NCBI GenBank assembly: GCA_002269645.1
Contig: NIVC01001659.1
Coordinates: forward strand, 1 to 64,000
DNA length: 64,000 nt
DNA from: Macrostomum lignano
Lineage: Eukaryota
Direction: 5' to 3'
In this document: positions 35,572-46,750 of the stretch, piece after piece
Layout: the number at the start of each line of letters is the position of its first letter
How positions within the stretch are numbered: position 1 is the stretch's first letter
Position numbers and translations under genes: made by a program
Notes under the pieces: model-generated
What the model was told of the DNA's origin: nothing
The model's database searches: none
What the model saw: the letters and a program-made list of their open reading frames with translations, nothing else

Positions 35572-37655
35572 TCACACAGGAGTGACACCTTTCACTGCCT
35601 TATTGTACTTAAAGAACAAAAAGCCCAGAGCGGCCCCGGTGAGGAGGTTCGTGGGCAGCAAAACGCCCAGAGTGATTGCCGCGGCCGTGTTGAAAACGAA
35701 GTTGCAGCTGGGGACCGGACCAATCGGTGGCCTTGTGCTGGGCTCAGGCGTAGCCGTTGTTGTGTCCGTGGTCGTGGTCGTGGCGGTGGTCGTGGTCGAG
35801 GTCGTTGTCGAGGTCATGGCCGTGGTGGTGGGAGAAGACTCAACCAGAGTGTTTACATAGTTAAGCGTTTGATCCCAGAAGCCGCAGTCGTCACGTCGGA
35901 AGCCATACGGCACGTTGTAGCTCGACGCAAAAGTTTCAAGGTCGATAGTGAAGTTGTGGTAGAACCGGTGGCTGCTGTTGTACTTGGCCCAGACTTCCTC
36001 CTCGTCCCTAGGCACGGGATCGCCCGTCTCAACAAACTTGGCCAGGTAGTCCATCATGCGGACAGACAGATCGGCCTGCTCGGGTTTTACGATCGGAGCA
36101 TCGTCGGTCGGGTTTCCGAAGAAGTAGTACGCGTCCGAGCCGTGAGAGGCGCCGATGTAGTTGGGTGTGTTGTCCTGCTCCGAGAACACGTAGAAGTAGA
36201 CGTCGTTCGACGTTCCCTGCATTAAAAAATAGTTCGAAAATGCTGCAATCATACACTGCTCAGAGTTGCATGACTAGTTAAAGCGATATTACAGATGCTA
36301 GATAAGCTCACCTGGTTCTTCTCGGACATCTTCTCGGCGAACTCGTTCGCAGCGCTCACGAAGAGCCGATCAGAGGCTCCATCCAGCCACCGCTTGTACT
36401 GCGCCGGTCCCGATGGGTTTCCGAAGTCCGTCAGTCGGTCGTACATCACATTCTGTCCAGTAACGCTCAGTAGGTCCGGTTGCCTCTCGTAGTACCTGAA
36501 CTGGTCCCGGAGAACTCTCTCATAAGTGGCCCTGTCAGCCAGCTGGTCCTGTGTGAGCTTCTGCGACTCCAGGCTGCGCTCAACATACACAGCAGCTTCT
36601 GCATTCGTCACTCCAATCATGAGACTCATCCCCTCAAAACGACCATTACGGAAGGCCTCAATGGGATCCTCCTTGATGTAGTCACCGTCGATGACTGGAG
36701 GAAACTCGACGCCCTGGAACAGACGGTTGTAGTTAAGCTGCTCGTTGACAAGCTTCTCGGGGGAAACCTCACGAAGGCACTGGATTGTGGCATTGAAGTC
36801 GCCCTGATCCGGAAGAGGGCAGCTGAGCTGACGGACGGCAAAGTCCAAGTGAAGCCTCTCTACTAGGCTGGTGTCGTTCCGCACCGACCAGAAGACCATC
36901 GGAGAGCCGCCCAGCATGACGGCTCGCTTGAAGTACGTCTTCGTATTGTCGTTCAGCATGTGGTACCCGACGGCTGCAGCTCCGGCGTCCAGACCCATCA
37001 GCGTCACCGTCTGCAGGTTTCCTCCGAACCTCTCGATGTTTTTATGCACGAACTCGAGTCCCAAGGCCTGATCCTTCAAGCCCATGTTTCCAGGCGCCAC
37101 GGTAGAGCTGAGTCGAAGAAAGCCGAGTACGCCAAGTCGGTACTGGAGACTCACGGTGACGATCGACTCGTGGGCTGTTAGAACGCGGCCCGAATTGATT
37201 TCTTCGATGATGGAGCCGGTCTCGAAGCGGCCTCCATGGATCCACACGAGCACTGGGTAGCTTCCGGGGTTCGAGGAGGTTCCGTTGTACGGCGTCCAGA
37301 TGTTGGCAGCGATGCAGCTCTCCGACATGGTCTGATAGTCTCCGCTCGCTCCGGGGTCTTGGTAGCACCTGCGGTCGAAATCGAGAACATCCTGGACGAA
37401 GTCCCACTTAGTGAAGACGGGGTGAGCAAATCGAAACTCTCCAGTGGGAACCTTGGCGAAGTTGATGCCCAAGAAGGAACCGATGTGTACCATTTTGTTG
37501 TCTCCAGATCCTTTTGTCTCAATTACGGCGCCTCTGATAGGGCCTTGGGTTGTGGTGACGTTAAGGTACCGCACGATGGTGAAGTTCCTCTGGGCAGAGA
37601 CCGCCGCGGCTGACAGAGCCAGCAGCAGCAGCAGGGTAGTGAGGGTCGATTCCAT
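35572..37655 (-). CDS. Cholinesterase-like (carboxylesterase type B fold) type I membrane protein, copy A, 662 aa; nucleophile Ser replaced by Asp; Thr-rich stalk, TM segment and PDZ-type tail
   Basis: Exons 37655-36312 and 36216-35572 (95-bp GT-AG intron). Motifs: signal peptide, FLGINFAKVPTGEFRF, SESCIAANIWTP, VWIHGGRF, YRLGVLGFL, GNMGLKDQALGLEFV, FGGN, TLMGLDAGA, PVIDG, GVTNAEA, GASHGSD, W-x-K-Y, CGFW, TM segment, KYNKAVKGVTPV*. Confidence 0.92.
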
Positions 37656-37892
37656 GGCCAGTCTGTGTGGTGTGAGAGGTCTCTGGATCAGCTCCGCGGC
37701 CTCTGGCTCGGGCGAACGCTGCTAATATTTCTGCGCTGATTAGATACTGTAAGTTTGTTTTTAGTAACCAAGGCAACTAGAATTTTAACTTTTATTGATA
37801 AGGCCTTAGTAGACATATTGGTCTTCGCTCAGAGGCGCATTTGGTTTCACAAAAATTACTTTTGGAAACGCCACTCAATACCAGCAATTTCG
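37656..37892. promoter_or_regulatory. 237-bp spacer between divergent start codons (candidate bidirectional promoter or 5' leader region)
   Basis: Position between ATG 37655 (-) and ATG 37893 (+); no motif verified. Confidence 0.45.
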
Positions 37893-39928
37893 ATGGCATC
37901 GGCCCTCACTACCCTGCTGCTGCTGCTGGCTCTGTCAGCCGCGGCGGTCTCTGCCCAGAGGAACTTCACCATCGTGCGGTACCTCAACGTCACCACAACT
38001 CAAGGCCCTATCAGAGGCGCCGTGATTGAGACAAAAGGATCTGGAGACAAAAACATGGTACACATCGGTTCCTTCCTCGGCATCAACTTTGCCAAGGTTC
38101 CCACTGGAGAGTTTCGATTTGCTCATCCCGTCTTCACTAAGTGGGACTTCGTCCAGGATGTTCTCGATTTCGACCGCAGGTGCTACCAAGACCCCGGAGC
38201 GAGCGGAGACTATCAGACCATGTCGGAGAGCTGCATCGCTGCCAACATCTGGACGCCGTACAACGGAACCTCCTCGAACCCCGGAAGCTACCCAGTGCTC
38301 GTGTGGATCCATGGAGGCCGCTTCGAGACCGGCTCCATCATCGAAGAAATCAATTCGGGCCGCGTTCTAACAGCCCACGAGTCGATCGTCACCGTGAGTC
38401 TCCAGTACCGACTTGGCGTACTCGGCTTTCTTCGACTCAGCTCTACCGTGGCGCCTGGAAACATGGGCTTGAAGGATCAGGCCTTGGGACTCGAGTTCGT
38501 GCATAAAAACATCGAGAGGTTCGGAGGAAACCTGCAGACGGTGACGCTGATGGGTCTGGACGCCGGAGCTGCAGCCGTCGGGTACCACATGCTGAACGAC
38601 AATACGAAGACGTACTTCAAGCGAGCCGTCATGCTGGGCGGCTCTCCGATGGTCTTCTGGTCGGTGCGCCAAAGCACAACCGACGTGGAGAGGCTTCACG
38701 CAAAATTCGCCAGGGAGAAGCTGAACTGCGATCCTGATCGACTCGGTCTTGATGAAGCATTGAAGTGCTTGCGACAAGTGGGTCCCGAGGCACTGATTAA
38801 TGCTCAAAAAGAGTTCATCAAGGATTTTCAAGGTATTGAGTTTCCCCCGGTGATCGACGGTGACTACATCAAGGAGGACCCAGTTGTGGCGCTGCGAGGC
38901 CTCCGATTCGAACCAAAGCAGCTAATTATTGGCTTCACAAACTCAGAGGCCGCTACTTACGTAGAGTCATCGCTTCGTGACAAGGGTTGGTCAAAGGAGG
39001 ATCTTCAGGATCCCGCCAAGTACCGCAGCGTTATCGAGGACAACTTCCGCACCTACGAGCGAGAGCCGGACATCATGTCTACCGCCGCCCGCAAGTTCAT
39101 GACTGACAGATTCACCAGCTTTAGCAATCCTTCCGCTGAAGTCAACTTCCGGCGATGGCTCGATGCCGCCTCGGACCGCCTGTTCGTCTGCGCAGCCAAC
39201 GAGTTCGCGGATCTTTCTACGCGGGTGACCGGTCAGGTGAGGGTTCCTTCAGTGCGCTTTTTTGTGTGTGTACATGTATACAAGGACTCCTGCGAACAAT
39301 AATGATTCAGTTTCCATCCAAGTTCGCCTTGTATCAAACATCCATCTACTTATTTCAGTCGGTGGACATCTACTTCTACGTGTTCTCCGAGCAAGACAAC
39401 ACACCCAACTACGTCGGCGCCTCCCATGGCTCGGACGCGTACTACTTCTTCGGAAACCCGACCGACGATGCGCCGATCGTGTCGCCTGAGCAGGCCCAGC
39501 TGTCCGTCCGCATGATGGACTACCTGTCCAGGTTCGTGGCTACCGGGGACCCGGTGCCCAGGGACAACGACGGGGTCTGGGCCAAGTTCAACATCAGCCA
39601 GAAGTACTACCACAACTTCACCGCCGATTCAAGCGCCGGTTACAACATCAAATACGGTTTTCACCGCGATGACTGCGGCTTCTGGGACAAGACGCTGAAG
39701 TACGTCAACAGTCTCCAGTCAACGGCGCTAGCCCCAGCACCAGAGGATGTCCCGAAGGTCCGCGTAGTCCGAGACGTTCACACTAACCTGACCTTAAATG
39801 AAGCGGGGATCTGCGATAATGTCGTGAACGCCACCACCCTGGCCATCATGATCCCCCTGCTCATCAGCAATGTTGCCCTGCTGGGCGCGCTGGTGTGGCT
39901 CCTGATCAAGTACAACTCGCTGGGCTGA
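37893..39928 (+). CDS. Cholinesterase-like type I membrane protein, copy B, 637 aa; same Ser-to-Asp substitution; very short tail
   Basis: Exons 37893-39236 and 39359-39928. Exon 1 has the same length (1344 nt) and intron position as copy A. Same motifs as copy A; ends with TM LAIMIPLLISNVALLGALVWLLI then KYNSLG*. Confidence 0.92.
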
Positions 39929-41159
39929 GCTGGCGGTTTGAGCAGTCGAAACTGAGCGGATTTGACTTTCTAACTAACAATGTAGAGTGCACTGCACGAG
40001 CTCGTTCTTAGATTTATACATTTATTTATATATCTATACATATCGGTTTCAAACAAGGCTATTTGAGACGCGCTTAATAGGTAAACTAATTCGAGAAATT
40101 GATAATCTGTTTTTTTCCAACGACCAACTCTTCAATGTTCCAACGAAACAAATAAATTTTATAAATTTTATATTTCCGTTTCTTAGTGAGGTGGTTTTTT
40201 GTGAGTAAAATTACCAACAAAGACTGGTCCTTGTGTCAAGTTTCACTTCTTCTGTAGCACTTCATCTCTACATTTTTTAATCCCAAGTCTAATGGGACCA
40301 CGTTTAGTGACACCTTTGCTTTGCCGGCAGTTTTGAGCATTCATATATGGCAGCAAGCACAACTCTAAAGACTTCGCTAAGGTTAGCCAAGACAGCAACC
40401 ATTGACAACACCAGCCATCAGGCAGGTTCGATCAGAGAGAAAAGCGCAGCGCCTCCACGGGGGCAAGTAGCGGTTGCCAGTAGCAACCGGTGGCAACAAA
40501 ACTCTCTCTGGGGTGGCCTGTCGCTTATCTTAAGGGAATTTCAAGCGGTCCAAATCTCAAGTGGCGCGCACTGACATGCTTAAGAATACTTTTTTGGCCC
40601 CCTCACGCATCTTGCAGATAAGCGGAGCCGCAGCTGATGCCCAGCTGGCACCACTCGGCTCGGAGCCGCCTTCGGGTCAGGCCGCGCCACCCCCCCCCCC
40701 CCCTATCAGCTCCTCCGACAGTAGAGAGAGAATTTTCTCTCTCGCCGTCTGCATTTGAAACTTTCTGCCGCTGCTTCGATAAGGCGCATTACTTTTAGAG
40801 GCCATCAGCCGTTATCTCGGTTCACTGTTCAATATTTTTCAAGCTTCACCTGCCCGCAGGTTGCTGCAGAAGTGGTTTTATCTTCTACAGAGTTTCAGAT
40901 CAGCGGGTCTACAGCAGTCAGCTATTGCAATTTGATCTTGACATTCTAGATTCAACCAGATTTTACTGCTCAAAATTTTTATCAACACTTTTGTTGGCGA
41001 TTGTCTGTCTTTTAAAATTGATAAATAGTTTTCTCTTAGACATGAACTTTTAAAACTTGGATACGCAGTGGTGGCAAAAGTCAGCAAACAATCCTGTTTT
41101 GATTCGAGGAGCATGCAGGCTGATCCCAGACCATCTCTCCTCATCTAAGGTCAAACTTT

Positions 41160-41405
41160 GACACATCCCAACTCTGACACATCCCAACTCTAGCACATCC
41201 CAACTCTGACACATCCCAACTCTGACACATCCCAACTCTGACACATCCCAACTCTGACACATCCCAACTCTGACACATCCCAACTCTGGCACATCCCAAC
41301 TCTGACACATCCCAACTCTGACACATCCCAACTCTGACACATCCCAACTCTGACACATCCCAACTCTGACACATCCCAACTCTGACACATCCCAACTCTG
41401 ACACA
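41160..41405. repeat. 16-bp minisatellite (CACATCCCAACTCTGA)
   Basis: Directly visible. Confidence 0.9.
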
Positions 41406-42102
41406 TTACTTTATTTCTTTTCCCCACCAAAATTCAAAATTCGGTGTGTCACTAAAAGCTGAAAGTTACTACTGCAGCTGGTTCTGGAGCAGTAGTGCGA
41501 ATTGAGTCCACCTCGCTGTCTTCAATATTCAGCCTGGGAGGCGCCTCACCTCCATGCATCCCGAATTACGCAACGGAGTTGAGCAGTGTAGCAGAACCTC
41601 AATGCCAGGTGTGCGGGAGCAGCCTGAGCGGCCATAAAGGCAGAAGTCACCTCCGCTCTCACTCAGGTGGCGCCAAAGCTCGGCACCCATGTTGAGCATG
41701 ACTCACTGGGCCTTTGCTATGAGATTTTCGTGAGGTCGCCTTTGATAAACTACACGGCAGGTTCTGGTAATTGGAGTCGGGGCCGCCGCTTGTCTCCTCC
41801 CCCCTTTGTCCTCGGCTGATCCCCGCAAATCGTCCGAGGCCCCCCAGCCCCGCCTCTGTGGGCAGCGGAGAATCTTGGAGGATCGGCGGGCAGGAAATTC
41901 CCTGTGCAACGGAGTCGCGTGCGGGCAATAAAGGGGAAAATCTGCGGGGATCACAAAGGTGGGAGGAGACCAAGAGGAGAAGGGGTGGGGCAGAGGAGAG
42001 CCGGATCGGAGGAAGAGGCTATGGGGATAAAAAGGCAGTTCAGGTGCTCCATTTCTGCTTGTCATGCGTGGCTGCGGCACGTGAGGCTAGAGATGGACTG
42101 TT

Positions 42103-42534
42103 GAGTGAGTGAGTGAGTGAGTGAGTGAGTGAGTGAGTGAGTGAGTGAGTGAGTGAGTGAGTGAGTGAGTGAGTGAGTGAGTGAGTGAGTGAGTGAGTGA
42201 GTGAGTGAGTGAGTGAGTGAGTGAGTGAGTGAGTGAGTGAGTGAGTGAGTGAGTGAGTGAGTGAGTGAGTGAGTGAGTGAGTGAGTGAGTGAGTGAGTGA
42301 GTGAGTGAGTGAGTGAGTGAGTGAGTGAGTGAGTGAGTGAGTGAGTGAGTGAGTGAGTGAGTGAGTGAGTGAGTGAGTGAGTGAGTGAGTGAGTGAGTGA
42401 GTGAGTGAGTGAGTGAGTGAGTGAGTGAGTGAGTGAGTGAGTGAGTGAGTGAGTGAGTGAGTGAGTGAGTGAGTGAGTGAGTGAGTGAGTGAGTGAGTGA
42501 GTGAGTGAGTGAGTGAGTGAGTGAGTGAGTGAGT
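42103..42534. repeat. (GAGT)n microsatellite, >100 perfect units
   Basis: Directly visible. Confidence 0.98.
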
Positions 42535-44304
42535 AGGCAGCAATTAGATTGGCAGTGAGGAATTCAATAATCAGCCAGCTGCTGAGTGCAGCTTCATCAT
42601 CATAATCCATCAATAGCCTGGACTATGCCTGGCGCAATGCCTCCACACTGAAATTGCATTTTTCGTATTTATGCGAAATATTCGAGTATTGGAGCTCGCC
42701 GAGCAGTCGAACCTATCGCCGCCGTCGAATAGCGCTCAGAAAATGAGATGCTGAGGCGGAGAGTCGATGGATGACGCAATCAGGGGGGGGGGGCGATGCT
42801 GCGCAGCCTGCGGGGACTTTGGCGGCGCTGTAATTGGATTTGGCGCAGCCCGAACCCTGCGGCTACTTGAGCTGGGGAATTCCCCCCCCCCCAGCCACTG
42901 CCAGCCCGCTCGCTCGAGACGCAGACGGACAGCCAAACTCTGCGATGCGGAGTGTGAGACCATCTGACAGCATCTGACAGCATCTGACAGCGGAACCTGC
43001 CGCCTCCGTGGGGAACTTGGCGATTGGTTTTGACGCGGGAAATCGGCTGAGGCGTCGCGGCGCCGGTAATGCGCGCCCGGGCAGGAAATGAATGGGAAAG
43101 CTGGCTGGTGACAAGGACAAAGACACAAGGACCTGGACAAAGACTGATTGGAAGATTGCGGCTGGCTTCCCCGCCCCTTTCCTTGCCTTCCCCCCCCGGG
43201 TCACGGAAGCCGCAACTCCGTTGTCTGGGTGAAATTGGATTCAACCCGGCATTTGGGAGAGCTGAGAGATGAGGCGCGGGTCGGCCGTGACTCACCGGGC
43301 CGGGTGAGACAATCGGCAGTCCGTCAGCGCCAGCGAAATTGAATTCGGCGTGAAATCGGCCGCCCTCATCAGTTTATCAGCCCGGCAGGCCGCAGAAGTG
43401 CGCCGAGGCCGCCCCGCCGAAATTCGATCAGTCCAGCGCGCGAGGTCGCCAGCGAACTGAAAAAGCGGCGGCGCGGGGACACTTAAAAGGTCTGTGACCC
43501 TCCCCGACCCCTCCCGACCCCCTCACTGCAGAATGGTTCAGAGCTTTTATTCAACTAAATTCTCGCCGAAAGTTCGAGAGCTCAAAGAGGGGTCGGGTGA
43601 GGCGAGAAAATCTATCGAGTGCCGGGGCTCAGGCAGGCAGCCTGAGAGCTGAGAGAAAAAGTCTGATTTTCCTAGAAACTGTCAATCAAAGCGCCGGCAT
43701 TCGATCACAGGCCAGCTTTGAGCCGGGCAAAGGAAGTGAAAATGCAAAGCCGGGGTGCCTTCTTCATCAGGGCAGCTCGGGACACAGCGCGAAAGACTGA
43801 AAGTCACAAGAGCCCGGCTGCTCAAAGTCAAGACCTTCAGCCCCTTCCCGGTGCTCAAGGCGGCCCGAATCCCGGGGATTTTTGCTCAGTTCTCAAGATT
43901 CTTCGCGGCCTTCTAGGTGCGCGAAAGAAACTCGAATTGATGAAGCTGGCTGCCACGGAGGCTAGGGGGGGGGGGAGGCTCAAACCTGCTAATTGTCGGG
44001 CGGGAAGAAAGCGGAGGGGATCAAACATCGAAAGTGGGAGAATGAGGGGAGCTGCACTGCATGGGGGCGGTTCGGTTCTCGCCTGGAGTCGGGAAAGTAA
44101 AATGATGGGGCTGCGGTTGCATAACCGGCCCTTCTGGCCCCCCCCCCTCAGTAGCCGCATTTTCGAGTGCCCCCCTCCAGCCCCGATGACTGGCCGGCCC
44201 ACTTGAGTCGGGAGTGACTTGTGCCAGGGAGATCCGGGATGCAAAACTGGGTTGGAAGCTCCTACATTTACCTTAGGACTCATGCATATTGCTGGAAACT
44301 TCAG

Positions 44305-44670
44305 TTTTTGGGCCAGCCTCCCAGATCCTCAGCTGCTGGGCCAGCCTCCCAGATCCTCAGCTGCTGGGCCAGCCTCCCAGATCCTCAGCTGCTGGGCAAG
44401 CCTCCCAGATCCTCAGCTGCTGGGCAAGCCTCCCAGATCCTCAGCTGCTGGGCAAGCCTCCCAGATCCTCAGCTGCTGGGCAAGCCTCCCAGATCCTCAG
44501 CTGCTGGGCAAGCCTCCTAGATCCTCAGCTGCTGGGCCGGCCTCCCAGATCCTCAGTTGCTAGACCAGCCTCCCAGATCCTCAGTAGCTGGGCCGGCCTC
44601 CCGGATCCTCAGCTGCTGGGCCGGCCTCCCAGATCCTCAGTTGCTGTACCAGCATCCCAGATACTCAGTT
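44305..44670. repeat. Second array of the 28-bp CCAGATCCTCAGCTGCTGGGCCAGCCTC unit
   Basis: Same unit as 26010-27265, in the same orientation. Confidence 0.9.
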
Positions 44671-45141
44671 GTTACCGACAAGCTTCAAGCTTGTCACAAG
44701 CAAACAAGCTTCAGTCCTACTTATTGAAAAGTCACGTTTTACTTGTCATTATTTGTCAGGCCAGTAAAAGTAGCAAATTGATGGGTTTAAAATTGCATTG
44801 ATTTAGCCCGGCCGAACTCGATCCCATCCCAATATCGCACTGGAGTGGCGCTCCAGACTCAAGATCTGGAACTCCTGGAGAGAAGCTGGAAAGAATAATG
44901 GGCTACGGCTGGAGTGGGAAAATATCCCTTCTCCAAATTTTACAACCCCTCACAACCCCGTGAGTGGGTGAGAATGAGAGGCAGCAAATGGGAGCTGCCG
45001 CCCTCCCCCCCCCCCCAGGCCCACCTCATTGCCGAGGAAACCCCGAGAAAAAAATCTCGCTCGCTTAGGCAGGACCGGCGCCCAGTCAGACGGAGCAAAA
45101 TCTCCCGTCCCCCGCCTTGCTCCTAGAAGCACACTGGCAAG

Positions 45142-46104
45142 ATGGCTCCGTTGGAGTTCCTCCCGCTACTCCTGACCATCCTCCTTTGCGCCCGCGCTGC
45201 CGCCGGTTCCAGAGACCGGAGCTCCTTTGACGACGCGTCCGCCTGCGCCCAGCGACCGCCTCCGCGCCGCAGCCTGACGGAGCGCGTGGGAGGGAAAGTC
45301 GTGCGCCAGGAGGTCGAGTTGCGACAGACGGCGGTGCACGGCTGCGTGTGGGCGCTGCCGGGGGGCAACCGCACCGACTACACCTTGGCGGGCCGCTGCC
45401 TGCGCGTCAGCGCCACCATCAGCGTCAGCGAGGAGGAAGGCGCCGGCGGCTTTTGGAGGTCGCGCGTAGTGGCGCCGGCCGACGCCGAGCCGGCGGACCC
45501 GCGCCTGACCGGCAAGTGCCGCCTCCGCCGCTCCGTGGACTGCCGTCTGCACCAGGTGGCCTTCTGGGACCCGCGGCTGCCCTGCGACGAGGCGGCGGCC
45601 CTCCGCTGCCCACAGCTGCCGCGGCTTCACTGGCGCCTGCTGGCGGGCCGCAACGTCAGCCAGACGCTGATCAGCCTGGCGACTTCGGGGCTGCGCGCTA
45701 GAGACGGTGCCGCCTGCGAGTGGGCGCTGCTGGGCGGCTGGGCCGGCGACTTCACTCGCTGGGTGGGCAGCGCCGAGCAGCCGTGCGCGCGGTGCCGCGG
45801 CGGCGGCGGCGGCGGCATCGCTGACTGCGTAGCTCCAACGTCGCCGCCTTCGCCACCGCGGATGGGCTGCGCGGCGCGGCTTGGACCCGACTGCCGCCTG
45901 CACCTCACCGCCGCTGACGACCCCGAAGCCGCCTGCCCGCCGCTCAAGCCAGCAGCCGCTTCCAGCGTCGTCGGCGAAGGCGCCAGCAGGGGCAGCGGAG
46001 GCGGCGGCAACGGCGGCGACTCCACCGTGGAAGTTGCGGCGACTTCGGCGCTCTTAAGTGCCGTGCTGGCTGGCTCGTTAGCCGCCAACCTGCGGGCTCT
46101 CTGA
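45142..46104 (+). CDS. Orphan Cys-rich secreted, probably GPI-anchored protein (320 aa, single exon) with an internal two-domain duplication
   Basis: Signal peptide MAPLEFLPLLLTILLCARAAA, high GC3, N-glycosylation sequons (NRT, NVS), a G/S-rich spacer and a hydrophobic C-terminus with no cytosolic tail. Confidence 0.8.
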   Translation: MAPLEFLPLLLTILLCARAAAGSRDRSSFDDASACAQRPPPRRSLTERVGGKVVRQEVELRQTAVHGCVWALPGGNRTDYTLAGRCLRVSATISVSEEEGAGGFWRSRVVAPADAEPADPRLTGKCRLRRSVDCRLHQVAFWDPRLPCDEAAALRCPQLPRLHWRLLAGRNVSQTLISLATSGLRARDGAACEWALLGGWAGDFTRWVGSAEQPCARCRGGGGGGIADCVAPTSPPSPPRMGCAARLGPDCRLHLTAADDPEAACPPLKPAAASSVVGEGASRGSGGGGNGGDSTVEVAATSALLSAVLAGSLAANLRAL

Positions 46105-46204
46105 TGAGGGACCGGCCTCTCGGCCTTTTGGCCTTTTAGCTGCTGCTGCTCGGAACTTGGAGACTTCATTCGCGTGCTGCCTGCTGCACTTGATTGATTC
46201 CACT

Positions 46205-46750
46205 GGGTGAATGTTCACCCGCGTGTATACAGGTTCTATCTGAATGTTCACCCGCATGCATACAGACTCTATCTGAATGTTCACCCGCATGCATACAGAC
46301 TCTATCTGAATGTTCACCCGCATGCATACAGACTCTATCTGAATGTTCACCCGTATGTATACAGACTCTGTCTGAATGTTCACCCGTATGTATACAGGCT
46401 CTATCTGAATGTTCACCCGTATGTATACAGGCTCTATCTGAATGTTCACCCGTATGTATACAGGCTCTATCTGAATGTTCACCCGTATGTATACAGGCTC
46501 TATCTGAATGTTCACCCGTATGTATACAGGCTCTATCTGAATGTTCACCCGTATGCATACAGACTCTATCTGAATGTTCACCCGTATGTATACAGGCTCT
46601 ATCTGAATGTTCACCCGTATGTATACAGGCTCTATCTGAATGTTCACCCGTATGTATACAGGCTCTATCTGAATTTTCACCCGCATGCATACAGACTCTA
46701 TCTGAATGTTCACCCGCATGCATACAGACTCTGTCTGAATTTTCACCCGC
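46205..46750. repeat. 33-bp minisatellite (TGAATGTTCACCCGTATGTATACAGGCTCTATC) downstream of the orphan gene
   Basis: Directly visible. Confidence 0.95.

Noticed and set aside
37755-37892. 46-aa N-terminal extension of cholinesterase-like copy B in the ORF track
   Set aside because: It starts at a non-ATG codon; the paralog and signal peptide place the start at 37893.
43597-44283. Overlapping ORFs of 140-160 aa in a GC-rich region
   Set aside because: No motifs, signal peptide or codon bias; more likely promoter or CpG-rich non-coding DNA.
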